From NCBI GenBank assembly GCA_965215885.1, contig CBDCEW010000093.1, forward strand, positions 1 through 64,000: a DNA stretch of 64,000 nucleotides, given 5' to 3'. Below, one piece after another: positions 22,078 through 31,537 of this stretch (its first letter is position 1; the number at the start of each line of letters is the position of its first letter). This DNA is from Candidatus Moanibacter sp. GTDB lineage: Bacteria; Verrucomicrobiota; Verrucomicrobiia; Opitutales; UBA2987. Under the pieces are notes generated by a model that saw only the letters and a program-made list of their open reading frames with translations, was not told where the DNA came from and searched no databases. A program made the translations under genes and the position numbers.

Positions 22078-22177
22078 TAGGAAGATGTCGGTGGTGGAAT
22101 CGGCCGCGAACCACGAATGCACCCAAAAAAAACCGCGCACTCCGAAAAATCGCAAAGCGAAATCCGACAGATTCCTA
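22078..22177. mobile_element. ~98-bp MITE-like element (family S), copy 2
   Basis: TAG-GAAGATGTCGG...CCGACAGATTC-CTAG. Starts on the GT2 stop codon. Confidence 0.7.
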
Positions 22178-22442
22178 GGCTCTTACCGTCTCATAAAATC
22201 GCAGTGGTCCCGGCACTTCTTCACAACCTCCTTGAGATGATCAGATTTAAAAGGTTTGCCTACATAACGGAAGGCTCCGAAAGCCCGTGCCTTACTGATC
22301 GTCTCCTGCGCTGGATAAGCCGTTATGATTATTACTTCAGTGAAAGGAGAGATTTCTTTTAGCTCCTTAAGCACCTCAACACCCAACATACCTTCCATCA
22401 TCATATCGATCAATGCTATCGTAAACGGTTCTTTCCTGGAAA

Positions 22443-24336
22443 CAGGGTAAAAGGATTCCAGGAAGCAACTAGCTGATAAGCAAGAAGATAAAAAAAGAGC
22501 TAGACAAACCCGAGGGAATCAGTCATGTTAAGATGGGATGAAAGACAAAAAATCTTACCAACTGAATCCTTCGATAGATCGTTTAACTCTGCGTCTGGTC
22601 CTGCCCGAAGAGCAGGAGCGATTCAATGATCTATTGAAACAACATCATTATTTACACAGTGCGGGCAGCGCAGGAGAGACCCTGCGCTATGTGGCGCAGA
22701 TCGACGGGCAATGGATGGGCCTGCTCTTGTGGGGGGCCGCATCCTACCGGCTGAAGGATCGAGACGAATGGATCGGGTGGGACGGGGCGCAACGGCATGC
22801 ACGATTGAAACTGGTAGTACAGAACCGGCGTTTTCTGATTTTGCCCGGGGTGGATCTTGCAAATTTGGCCTCCAAGACGTTGGGTATGTGCCTGAGAGTC
22901 TTAGCCGATCACTGGCAGGAGGCTTTTGGCTATCGTCCCTTAGTAGCGGAAACGTTCGTGGACCCACAGATTCACCGGGGCACTTGCTACGAAGCGAGCG
23001 GGTGGACGCCCTTGGGCTTGAGCGCGGGATATGGCCGCCAACGCGAAGATTTCTATCAACGCCATGAGCGTCCCAAGCAGATCTGGGTCAAACCCCTCAA
23101 GGCTAATGCCCTTGAGCTTTTGCGCGCTTCAGGGCCATTGCCCGCGGCACAGAGCCAGGCGCTCAATGAAACCGATAACTCCCATGCGGTCTGCCTCAAA
23201 GTGGAACAGATGAGCAGCCTGTGGGAACGCTTCAATCAGATAGAAGACTTCCGTCGTAAAGCGGGCCTTAGATATCGGCTCGCCACGGTCCTGAGCATGA
23301 TTGTGCTCGGCACGATGTGCGGCAAACAGACCCTCAAGGGCATCGTGCGCCTGGCCCATCATCTCAATCAAGCCCAATTGCGCGCCTTACGCTCCTGGAA
23401 AAACCCCAAAACAGGCCGCTATAAGGCCCCTTGCTATGATGTCTTCTATCGGGTCTTGCAAAACGTAAAGGCCGAGCTCTTCGATAAAACCCTCACCGAA
23501 TTCATCTGCTTACAAGACGGCTGTTTGCCCCGCGATATTGCCGTCGACGGCAAGACCCTCAAAGGCACAAACACCGAAGAATCAAAGGCTCTGCACCTGG
23601 TGGCCGCAGTCGATCACCAAAGCGCTCAAACCTTAGCCCAAGTCGCTACCGCCGATAAATCCAACGAGATCACCGCCGCCCAGACTCTCTTGCGAAAGAT
23701 GCCCATTTTGGACGGCTCCACCTTCACCTTCGACGCCATGCATAATCAAAAAGAAACTGCCCACATCGTCGTCGAAGAACTCAGTGCTGACTATGTTATT
23801 CAAATTAAAGACAATCAGCCCAACATGCATCAATACGCTCAGAATCTCTTCAGCTCCACCCCCTTTTTCTCCACCAAACCGTGGACAATGACCATGGGCG
23901 ACTCGAAATACGTCAAATAGCAACCCATTCTCTAAGCGCTCCCTCTGCCGGCCTGCCCCATGCCCGCCAGTTCGCCTGTGTGCAACGCACCTTCCATTAT
24001 CCAAACAAAGCTGAACCTTCCTCTGAACGCTCTTACTACGTAAGCAGTCTCGATCCCGCCGATTTGAGCCCTCAACAGTTCCTCTCGAAAATTCGCAACC
24101 ATTGCTCGATCGAAAATAAAAATCATTACCCCAGGGATCGCTTCTTCGATGAAGATCGATGTATGATCCGTAATCATAACGCAGCCAGAATTCTTGCTGC
24201 ATGCAGGCAACTGGTTCTCAGCCTCAAGTCTTCCATGGGCGCTGAATCCACTCCCGCACTCTGTGATGATTTCGTCTTTAACTTACATAAGGCCATCAAT
24301 ATCATCACCTAATGCTCCGAGAATCAAAATACCGTG
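22443..24336 (+). mobile_element. ISAs1-like insertion sequence, copy 2, 10-bp target duplication TTCCTGGAAA
   Basis: Duplication at 22433-22442 and 24337-24346. Same 1894-bp body as copy 1. Confidence 0.97.
22538..24312 (+). CDS. DUF4338-fused ISAs1-family transposase (two ORFs, -1 frameshift)
   Basis: Translation identical to copy 1 (ORFs 22538..23920 and 23881..24312). Confidence 0.9.
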
Positions 24337-24601
24337 TTCCTGGAAAGGGCGATAGCTTCCTCTCCGGTCGAACATACTTCGATCTCATATTGGTCCTGAA
24401 ACAGTGCCTTCAGCGACTCCCTCATTGCCTCCTCATCATCGACAATAAGTAAGCGATTATTCGGTTGGTCGGGTTTAGACTCCATTGCTACAATGACAAC
24501 CCATGATTGAATCCCTGGCAAGGGCAATTGGCGTACTTCGCCAGCCCTCATATCTCAACTCAGACGAAGGATGGTACACCAACCGTAGCCTTGGCGAAGG
24601 A

Positions 24602-24674
24602 TGGAGCCGATCGGGATCGAACCGACGACTTCCACAATGCCATTGTGGCGCTCTTCCAACTGAGCTACGGCCCC
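24602..24674 (-). tRNA. tRNA-Ala(GGC), CCA not encoded
   Basis: GGGGCCGTAGCTCAGTTGGAAGAGCGCCACAATGGCATTGTGGAAGTCGTCGGTTCGATCCCGATCGGCTCCA. Anticodon arm CCACA-ATGGCAT-TGTGG and a G3:U70 pair. Confidence 0.97.
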
Positions 24675-24922
24675 AATCTTGATACGTGTTTAGCGTGATG
24701 GTTACTGCATTAATTCGATGTTTCGAGGAAGGGGTCAAGCCTTAGAAGTGGATTCCGCTGACCCCCCCCCCCACGTTCTTGTCCCGCTCGGCGGGGACGG
24801 CTACTGTGCATCGTAAGTCTTAGATATATGTAGCCGCGCTCGCAAGAGAATGGAGAATATCCTAAAGGCCACCCTGCCTGGCGGCTGGTATGTGTTTAGC
24901 GTGCCTTTGATTGCTGGCTGCC

Positions 24923-25105
24923 CTAGCCCGCATATTTCACACACTTCGTCGCGAGACAGCGGAGGTTGCTGCGGATCAAGGGCTTACCAAAGTCCGGCGG
25001 ATGACGGTGTGTTGGAACACGTGGAAGTCGGCGGACGAGGCAAGTCCTTGAGGTGTCCCGGCGCGCCGGGATCGTAGCAGATGGCTTGTGAAATTTGCGG
25101 GCTAG
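24923..25105. mobile_element. ~183-bp palindromic MITE-like element (family L), copy 1
   Basis: CTAG-CCCGCATATTTCACA...TGTGAAATTTGCGGG-CTAG. Homologues at 38517 and 42438. Confidence 0.8.
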
Positions 25106-25109
25106 CGGG

Positions 25110-26285
25110 CTATTCATCAAAAGTATTCAGAAGCTCGACGGTACCGATATTTTCGGCGACGCGGGCGTAGTCGACGGCGGTGCGTCCTTCCTTGTCTTTC
25201 AGATCTCGCTTTGCCCCGTGCTCGAGCAATTTTCGCACAATCTTGGTGTCCCCGTAATGGGAAGCTACCATGAGCGGAGTGATTCCACCGTTGTCCGCCA
25301 AATTCGGATCGGCATCCGCATTCAGCAAGTAGACAACCCTATTAAATTCCCGCTCTTGCGTCTGGTCCATAAGGGTAGTGGCGCCATCGGCGTCCCGGGC
25401 GTTGACATCCGCCCCCCCATCAAGGAGAAGCCGCACCACGGTAAGGCTGTTCCCGTATGCTGCCACCATGAGTGGGGTAATTCCCTCGAGATCCGGGGTG
25501 TTCGGATCCGCCTCATGCTCGAGGAGCAGGGCGATAATTGCAAAATTTGCTCCCTGCACCGCCGCCATAAGGACTGTGTTTCCCTCTTCATCGCGCGCAT
25601 TCCGATCCGGGTCGCCTTCGAGCACCTTGAAAAAGATCTCCGGATTTCCGCTTCGGGCCGCCGCATGGGCCACCGACCAGCCGCTCTTATCTTTATCCTT
25701 GGGATTTCCCCCGGCTTCAAGAACGTCGTCAAATATCCTGGCATTGCCACCCGAGGCCGCCGCCATCAGAACACTGTAATTTGAATTGTCGCGAACGGTA
25801 AGACTCAAACCCTTCCTCCGGGTATGGTTGAAAATCTCCTCGTTTCCGCCAATAGCCGCGGCCATCGTCAGAGTATATCCTTCGCTGTCTACGAGATTGC
25901 CATAGCCTGACGCTTTAAACACTTCCTCGTATATTTTCTTATTCCCACCGGTGGCAGCAGCCATGAGCGCGGTGAATCCGTCGTGGTCCATGGCGCGAGG
26001 ACTGCCGCCCTTTTTCACAAGCGTCTTGAATGTGGCCCCGTCTCCGTTCGACGCCGCTTCCATCAACACAGTCCACCCTTCCACAGACACGGCATTCGGG
26101 TCCGCTCCTTTCTGAATTAACACTCCCACGCGGCCCGCCCTTTTCGCTCGGACGGCATCCCAAAGCTCCGCGTTTAATTCATACAGTCTGGCCGATATCC
26201 GGCCTGGACCGCGGGCGCCCAACAACGCTACGGAAAACAGCATCATTGAGCCGGCGATGATACAAGCGAATCCTCCTCTTTTCAT
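25110..26285 (-). CDS. Secreted ankyrin-repeat protein
   Basis: Signal-peptide-like N-terminus and about ten G.T.LM.AA..G...LL..GAD.N repeats. Confidence 0.92.
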   Translation of the reverse strand: MKRGGFACIIAGSMMLFSVALLGARGPGRISARLYELNAELWDAVRAKRAGRVGVLIQKGADPNAVSVEGWTVLMEAASNGDGATFKTLVKKGGSPRAMDHDGFTALMAAATGGNKKIYEEVFKASGYGNLVDSEGYTLTMAAAIGGNEEIFNHTRRKGLSLTVRDNSNYSVLMAAASGGNARIFDDVLEAGGNPKDKDKSGWSVAHAAARSGNPEIFFKVLEGDPDRNARDEEGNTVLMAAVQGANFAIIALLLEHEADPNTPDLEGITPLMVAAYGNSLTVVRLLLDGGADVNARDADGATTLMDQTQEREFNRVVYLLNADADPNLADNGGITPLMVASHYGDTKIVRKLLEHGAKRDLKDKEGRTAVDYARVAENIGTVELLNTFDE

Positions 26286-26308
26286 CCTGTGAATCTGTCC
26301 GACTTTCC

Positions 26309-27925
26309 TTACAAGTCCGAAAGCTCAACGGAATTCCCTGAATCTCGCAAGGCAAAGAGAACGGGACCATTCGCAATCGCAACACGATCAACATCCTGTC
26401 TGAAGCTGGAATCAAAAGCGATTTGACGTTTCGGCATCGGAAACTCGAGACACACATCATCGCCGTCTGTCCATTTTCGGCGGATTGATAGGTAGCCTCT
26501 CTCTTCAGGAATGGTCTCTTCGCATCCTCTTACTTTCACCTTCACCGTTTCGCTGCAAGTCTCCCGAAAGCGATAGAGACTGCCCGGAATAGGCCGGGCT
26601 CTCGTCCAACCCGGAACACGCAGAGCAAGGGTGAGGCAAACCGGTCTCTGCATTTCCAGGCGAACCGTGATTACTCCGTTCTTCGGGTAAGAAGTCGTCT
26701 GAGTAACCACGATCCGGTGACTCTCCCAACGAAGACTCGCTCTACTATCAAAATAGAGGTTCACATAAAGAACCCCATCCGCAAACTCATAGACCTGGCT
26801 GGGAAGAGAGGCGAGATATCTGAAACTGTCCATTGATACAGCGGCGGGTCCTTCTTCGCCATCATTGCGCTCTGGGCGCACCGCCGCACTGGGGAGGATA
26901 CTGTTCAATAAGAGCCACTCCAAAACATCCGCTCCTCCGCTGTCATGACTCAGAAGGGACATTTCCTGACACCAGGTAGCGATCGACACGGACGCATCGA
27001 GCTCAGTCGGGCGAAGCGTGATGGGCAAATCCGAAGCCTCGGAAAACTTTCCTCCCCGCATCGAGGGTGCTCCTGTCACATTGATCTTGGAACTAACAAA
27101 GTCACTCCAGATGCGTTCTATGGTTCGCCTGAGGTCGGAATCACCGGAAAGAGAGGCCTGTTCAGCCATCGCGGCATACATATAGCCACCCCGCTGCACA
27201 AGACCAACAGCATCTCTCTGCTCGAGCAGCGCTCTATTGTCCCGATACAGTTCGCCATGGGAGCGGCGCCCTTTAAACCGGCCATGTTCACCCAGAAAAA
27301 AACGGCACTGTTCGAGATACTTCACTTCTCCAGTCAACCGGTAAAGCTTCAGGAGCCCAATTTCGATTTCCTGGTGACCGGGAACTCCGGGTTTACCGGA
27401 TGGCCCGTAAACGGATGTCACCAGGTCCGCGTTGCGGATAGCAACTTCCAGGAGATCACTCTTGCCCGTAGCAACGAATCGTGCCACCGCCGCTTCGTAG
27501 AGGTAGCCGTAAATACCCAGCTCGTGTTTGAATTCCGGGTCGCCCCATGGATTTTCTCCTGCCCATCGAATCGGAAGTGAGAGCCCGGCATGCTTATTGA
27601 CCGGAATATAACCGTCACTCTCCTGCACTGCCGCAACTTCCCTTACCAGGTAATCCATCAGATCCGGACTTATAAATTCTCCTCCCTGCCAGGCTATCCA
27701 GGAAGCTCCCTCCATAAACTTGAAAACGTCGCGGAGATCCCGCTCCAGGAGGTCTTTCAGGGAGCGCCTCAGCATCTCAATGTGATCGAGTCCACCGTCT
27801 TCTTCCTCGTTCAATTCACCTTTTCGTATCCCGGATAAGACAGCTTTGAAAAATGGGTCCAGCTTCGATTCGAAAGCGGAATCTTCCATTCTTGCCTTGA
27901 GCAATGCGCTTCTTTCTCGCTTCAT
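26309..27925 (-). CDS. GH127 (beta-L-arabinofuranosidase-like) protein with a degenerate active site
   Basis: DGY, HEL...GYLYEAAVA...TGK..LL, GHQEIE.GL.KLYR.TG, LYVNLY, T.YP..G, LRVPGW, GP.LFA. The catalytic Cys motifs are absent. Confidence 0.8.
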   Translation of the reverse strand: MKRERSALLKARMEDSAFESKLDPFFKAVLSGIRKGELNEEEDGGLDHIEMLRRSLKDLLERDLRDVFKFMEGASWIAWQGGEFISPDLMDYLVREVAAVQESDGYIPVNKHAGLSLPIRWAGENPWGDPEFKHELGIYGYLYEAAVARFVATGKSDLLEVAIRNADLVTSVYGPSGKPGVPGHQEIEIGLLKLYRLTGEVKYLEQCRFFLGEHGRFKGRRSHGELYRDNRALLEQRDAVGLVQRGGYMYAAMAEQASLSGDSDLRRTIERIWSDFVSSKINVTGAPSMRGGKFSEASDLPITLRPTELDASVSIATWCQEMSLLSHDSGGADVLEWLLLNSILPSAAVRPERNDGEEGPAAVSMDSFRYLASLPSQVYEFADGVLYVNLYFDSRASLRWESHRIVVTQTTSYPKNGVITVRLEMQRPVCLTLALRVPGWTRARPIPGSLYRFRETCSETVKVKVRGCEETIPEERGYLSIRRKWTDGDDVCLEFPMPKRQIAFDSSFRQDVDRVAIANGPVLFALRDSGNSVELSDL

Positions 27926-27987
27926 GAATTCAAATTCACAAATGAAACACTAGGCCCACCTCAACCTATAGTCATCATGGAACTGTT

Positions 27988-29469
27988 ATGAAAGCAATCA
28001 TGGTAATGTTCGATTCGCTCAACCGGCACATGCTTCCGCCTTATGGCTGTGGCTGGACCCATGCCGCCAATTTTCAACGCCTCGCGGATCGGTGCACAAC
28101 GTTCGACAACAGCTATATCGGCTCTATGCCCTGTATGCCGGCGAGGCGCGAGCTGCATACCGGTCGTCCCAATTTCCTCCACCGCTCCTGGGGCCCGCTC
28201 GAACCGTTTGACGACTCCATGCCACGCATCCTGCACGAAAGCGGGATCAGCAGCCATCTCATCAGCGATCACTATCACTATTGGGAATCCGGAGGTGCTA
28301 CTTACCATACCCAATACAGCACCTGGCAATTTCATCGTGGCCAGGAGGGCGATCTATGGATGGGCCAGGTCGCCGACCCTCCTGAAATCGACGCCATCGG
28401 ACAAAACGCTTTGACGGATCACTGGCACCGTCAGGATCAAGTGAACCGGCAGTTCATGCGGCAGATTTCCGATCAGCCTCAAGCCAGAACATTCGCCGCC
28501 GGCCTCGATTTTCTCCGCCGCAATTGCAGGGAAGATGGATGGTTTCTCCAAATCGAGACTTTCGACCCCCATGAACCGTTTTTCAGTCAGAAGATTTTCC
28601 AGGATCTCTACCCGGAACTCTTGACGGACGCCAATGCTCCCCTTTTTGACTGGCCTTTTTATGGGGAAGTTGAGGAACCCCAGGATTTCATAGATCAGTG
28701 CCGCGGCCACTACGCCGCCCTACTCAGTATGTGTGACTCCCACCTCGGCAGAGTCCTTGACCTCATGGATGAACATGAGCTCTGGGACGACACCCTCCTC
28801 ATTGTCTGGACGGATCATGGGTTTCTTTTGAGCGAACACGGTTGGTGGGGAAAAGGCAGGATGCCCTGGTTCAACCACCTCGCCAATATCCCATTCTTCG
28901 TCTGGGATCCACGGTCCGGAGTGGCCGGTCAACGGCGCCAAAGCCTCGTCCAGCCGGCCATCGATTTGGGACCTACCCTACTCAATTTCTTCAATCTCAA
29001 TACGACTCCCGACATGCGCGGAAGCGACCTTTGCGAAACAATAGCCCAGGACCAGCCGGTTCGTCAGGAGGCGCTCTTCGGCACTCACGGTGGACATGTA
29101 AATATCACCGACGGGCGCTACGTCTATATGCGTGCCGCAGCCAATCCTGATAACACTCCCCTCAATAATTATACTCTAATGCCGTCGGGCATGCGCGCTA
29201 TGTTTCATCCCAATGACCTCCAACATGCGCAGCTCGATGACCCTCTACCCTTTTCAAAAGGCTGTCCCGTCCTGCGAATTCCCTCGCAAGGTTTCAGCTC
29301 GTGGAACCAACACCTATTCGGTAACCGCCTCTACGATCTACAATCCGACCCCGAACAGGGCAAAACCATTGAAGATGGGCAAGTCGAAGATGCAATGATC
29401 GAAAAGATGAAAGATCTAATGCGCCACTACGATGCTCCCCAGGAGCAGTTTGAACGACTCGGAATCTGA
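27988..29469 (+). CDS. Formylglycine-dependent (Cys-type) sulfatase
   Basis: FDSLN, CMPARRELHTGR, FDPHEPF, TDHG..L.EHGWWGK, LYDL..DP.Q. Confidence 0.95.
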   Translation: MKAIMVMFDSLNRHMLPPYGCGWTHAANFQRLADRCTTFDNSYIGSMPCMPARRELHTGRPNFLHRSWGPLEPFDDSMPRILHESGISSHLISDHYHYWESGGATYHTQYSTWQFHRGQEGDLWMGQVADPPEIDAIGQNALTDHWHRQDQVNRQFMRQISDQPQARTFAAGLDFLRRNCREDGWFLQIETFDPHEPFFSQKIFQDLYPELLTDANAPLFDWPFYGEVEEPQDFIDQCRGHYAALLSMCDSHLGRVLDLMDEHELWDDTLLIVWTDHGFLLSEHGWWGKGRMPWFNHLANIPFFVWDPRSGVAGQRRQSLVQPAIDLGPTLLNFFNLNTTPDMRGSDLCETIAQDQPVRQEALFGTHGGHVNITDGRYVYMRAAANPDNTPLNNYTLMPSGMRAMFHPNDLQHAQLDDPLPFSKGCPVLRIPSQGFSSWNQHLFGNRLYDLQSDPEQGKTIEDGQVEDAMIEKMKDLMRHYDAPQEQFERLGI

Positions 29470-29651
29470 CACGAATGGCGCTAAGATAACGGGCATAAAC
29501 GGTAAGTCCGACTGCGTTCGGTTTCGGCCGCAAGCGGCCTTCCTACAACAATTCTTACAACTCGTAGGAAGCTCGCTTGTCGAAGAACCTGATCCTGCCG
29601 ATGGGCGAGCGATAGTCCAGTTATCTTAGCGCCCTTCCACTCTCCTACTCT

Positions 29652-31166
29652 TTACTCGGGCGACAGTTTCATGTGGTAGAGGACACTTCCCTGAACATTG
29701 TTGAATGTGACGGTCAGGTATCCTCTTTCATTTATCAGCGCAGCGCCGAAGTTCATCCACTTCTTCGCTTCCTCGTAAGTTTTTACCGAATCTATTGTCT
29801 CAGGACCGTAGAAGAATAGACTCTCCGTCCCTAAGCTGGTATCATATTCGCGATTTGGATACAGCCCCGCACTCAAAGGACCGGAGACAAACTCGTATAT
29901 TTGAAAGTCGGTTTCTTCTTCAAATGGCGTGTAGCGAAATGCAGCCGCGAAATGAACGTCAGTCGTAATAAATATCACGTTTCGCACCCCGTTTTCCCGA
30001 ACAGAGCCTAGAATATCCAGGAGTTCGTTTTCATACCCGGTATCCTGATCAAAGTTGGCCCAACCGTCCCGGCCGTCTTCGGGAGGCCAACCCGTTGGGA
30101 TGGAAATGGGAACGCTGGATACGACAAATTTCCAGGTAGCATGCGACTTCTTGAGACTCTCCTTTAACCACTCTCGCTGAGGTTTTCCCAGCATCGTTTT
30201 CATTCTATCGGGATTATCGGTCCCACTCTTCGGATCCCGGTACTGCCGATTATCGAGAATAAAAACCTCAAGATGCCTTCCCCACCGAATCGTTCTGTGG
30301 AGCCGGTTAAGGAAATTCGGGATTTCTCGAACAGGATTGTAATCGAGAAAGGCCCGGCGACCGAGGGGCATCAAGTGCTGTTCCTTATTGTAGGGGGCAA
30401 CATCTCGCCGGTCTTCGTATGGCCCGAAGTCGTTGACCACTTCGTGGTCATCCCAAATAGCATAGTAGGGCATCCTCGCCAGAATCTTGCGGTATCCATC
30501 ATCCTCGCGATTGTACTTCCAGTGCGCCCAGAAGTCATTCATCGAAGCGGATTTTTCAAAATCTCCGGGCACCTGCCTGTTTCCAAACTTTCCAAGTGCT
30601 TCACATGTGCCGTCCGCGTATATCATGTCACCGAGACCGATAAAGAAATCCAGATCGAATCGCTCGATCGCTCCAAAGATAGGAAACCCCTCCTCGACAT
30701 CGCGACATACATTTTGCCCAGCCAGGTCCCCTCCCCAGGCAAACACGACGCTTTTTTCGGCGGCCGCCAGCGGGGCTGTGCGGAATTCCCCTTCCGCCGT
30801 CGGCCGCCCTCTGCGAGTGGCAGACTCCGTTTCGCTGAACCATACCTTGTAGGTGTAGCGTGTTTCCGCCTTCAGATCCACCACTTCGATTTTTCCCGTA
30901 AAGTCATGCTCGGCATCGACCGTCGCGGTTCGGTGAATCGCCCGATTGCTCCCCTCCCCAACCAGTAGCACGTTCATAACGGCTGCTCGATCCGTGCGCG
31001 ACCACAACACTGCGCTATTCTCTGATACATCGCCCACCGCTACCCCGTGCGTGGCGTGGATCTTTTCGCTCTCCGCTGCCGCAACTGTTCTTTCCCCAAT
31101 AAGCAATGCCACAAGAATGACACTAATTCTTAATCCGACGACCGGCATCTGATGCAATTTCCTCAT
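29652..31166 (-). CDS. phoD: Alkaline phosphatase D family protein
   Basis: HGVA.GDV....VLW.R, LGD.IYAD, IWDDHEV.ND, LD.RQYR, MLG..Q..WL, DGW, T.DVH. Confidence 0.9.
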   Translation of the reverse strand: MRKLHQMPVVGLRISVILVALLIGERTVAAAESEKIHATHGVAVGDVSENSAVLWSRTDRAAVMNVLLVGEGSNRAIHRTATVDAEHDFTGKIEVVDLKAETRYTYKVWFSETESATRRGRPTAEGEFRTAPLAAAEKSVVFAWGGDLAGQNVCRDVEEGFPIFGAIERFDLDFFIGLGDMIYADGTCEALGKFGNRQVPGDFEKSASMNDFWAHWKYNREDDGYRKILARMPYYAIWDDHEVVNDFGPYEDRRDVAPYNKEQHLMPLGRRAFLDYNPVREIPNFLNRLHRTIRWGRHLEVFILDNRQYRDPKSGTDNPDRMKTMLGKPQREWLKESLKKSHATWKFVVSSVPISIPTGWPPEDGRDGWANFDQDTGYENELLDILGSVRENGVRNVIFITTDVHFAAAFRYTPFEEETDFQIYEFVSGPLSAGLYPNREYDTSLGTESLFFYGPETIDSVKTYEEAKKWMNFGAALINERGYLTVTFNNVQGSVLYHMKLSPE

Positions 31167-31216
31167 TTCTCTGTTTCCTTCTGTTCAAACCTCTTCTCCA
31201 CGGACGGACCTCCCAT

Positions 31217-31408
31217 CTAAAGATCTCGAATCAAATAATATAGGCCCCAGATATAGAGTAGGTAGACAAGTAGTATTATCAATGTTACAAAATGGTCCTT
31301 GAACGTTTTTCCAGCAAATTTATGGACACTTCGTGGATGTAAAAATCGCGCAAAGTAGATGAAATACATTATTCCGAGGAAAAGAACTTTCAGGAAGAGA
31401 ATCACCAT
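31217..31408 (-). CDS. Small (63 aa) two-TM hypothetical membrane protein
   Basis: AT-rich ORF MVILFLKVLFLGIMYFIYF...LIILLVYLLYIWGLYYL, co-oriented upstream of phoD. The longer upstream extension overlaps the next gene. Confidence 0.5.
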   Translation of the reverse strand: MVILFLKVLFLGIMYFIYFARFLHPRSVHKFAGKTFKDHFVTLIILLVYLLYIWGLYYLIRDL

Positions 31409-31537
31409 GCGAACTATCCACTTTTCTGGATTGCTGGAATGTAGGCCGTTGCTCTCGAAGCGTAAGCGGAGACCCTCCCAAGCCTTGGCGAAGGAGGGCA
31501 CCATTCCAATCTTCCAATCTACCAGCCTGATACACCA

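Larger units (their letters stand above)
18952..22080 (+). pseudogene. Polyprenol monophosphomannose synthase-like GT2, interrupted near its 3' end by an IS
   Basis: IPTFNE, IDDNSPDGT, QMDAD.SH, GSRY, D.TSGFR, EIPIVFTDR..GKSK. Removing 19609..21988 restores KSKLSLAIALESALRVPQL...RRV-stop (TAG 22078-22080). Confidence 0.9.
22183..24485 (-). pseudogene. Stand-alone response regulator receiver protein interrupted by IS copy 2
   Basis: MESKPDQPNNRLLIVDDE...AIALSR / KEPFTIALIDMMM.G..G...IIITAY...A.RYVGKPF joins in frame once the IS and one 10-bp repeat are removed. Confidence 0.9.

Noticed and set aside
24602..24674. tRNA-Ala as the attachment site of an integrated island
   Set aside because: I found no duplicated tRNA 3' end and no integrase in the window.
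24762..24772. C11 tract as a phase-variable switch
   Set aside because: Intergenic, within a REP-like stretch, and not between identifiable promoter elements or in a gene.
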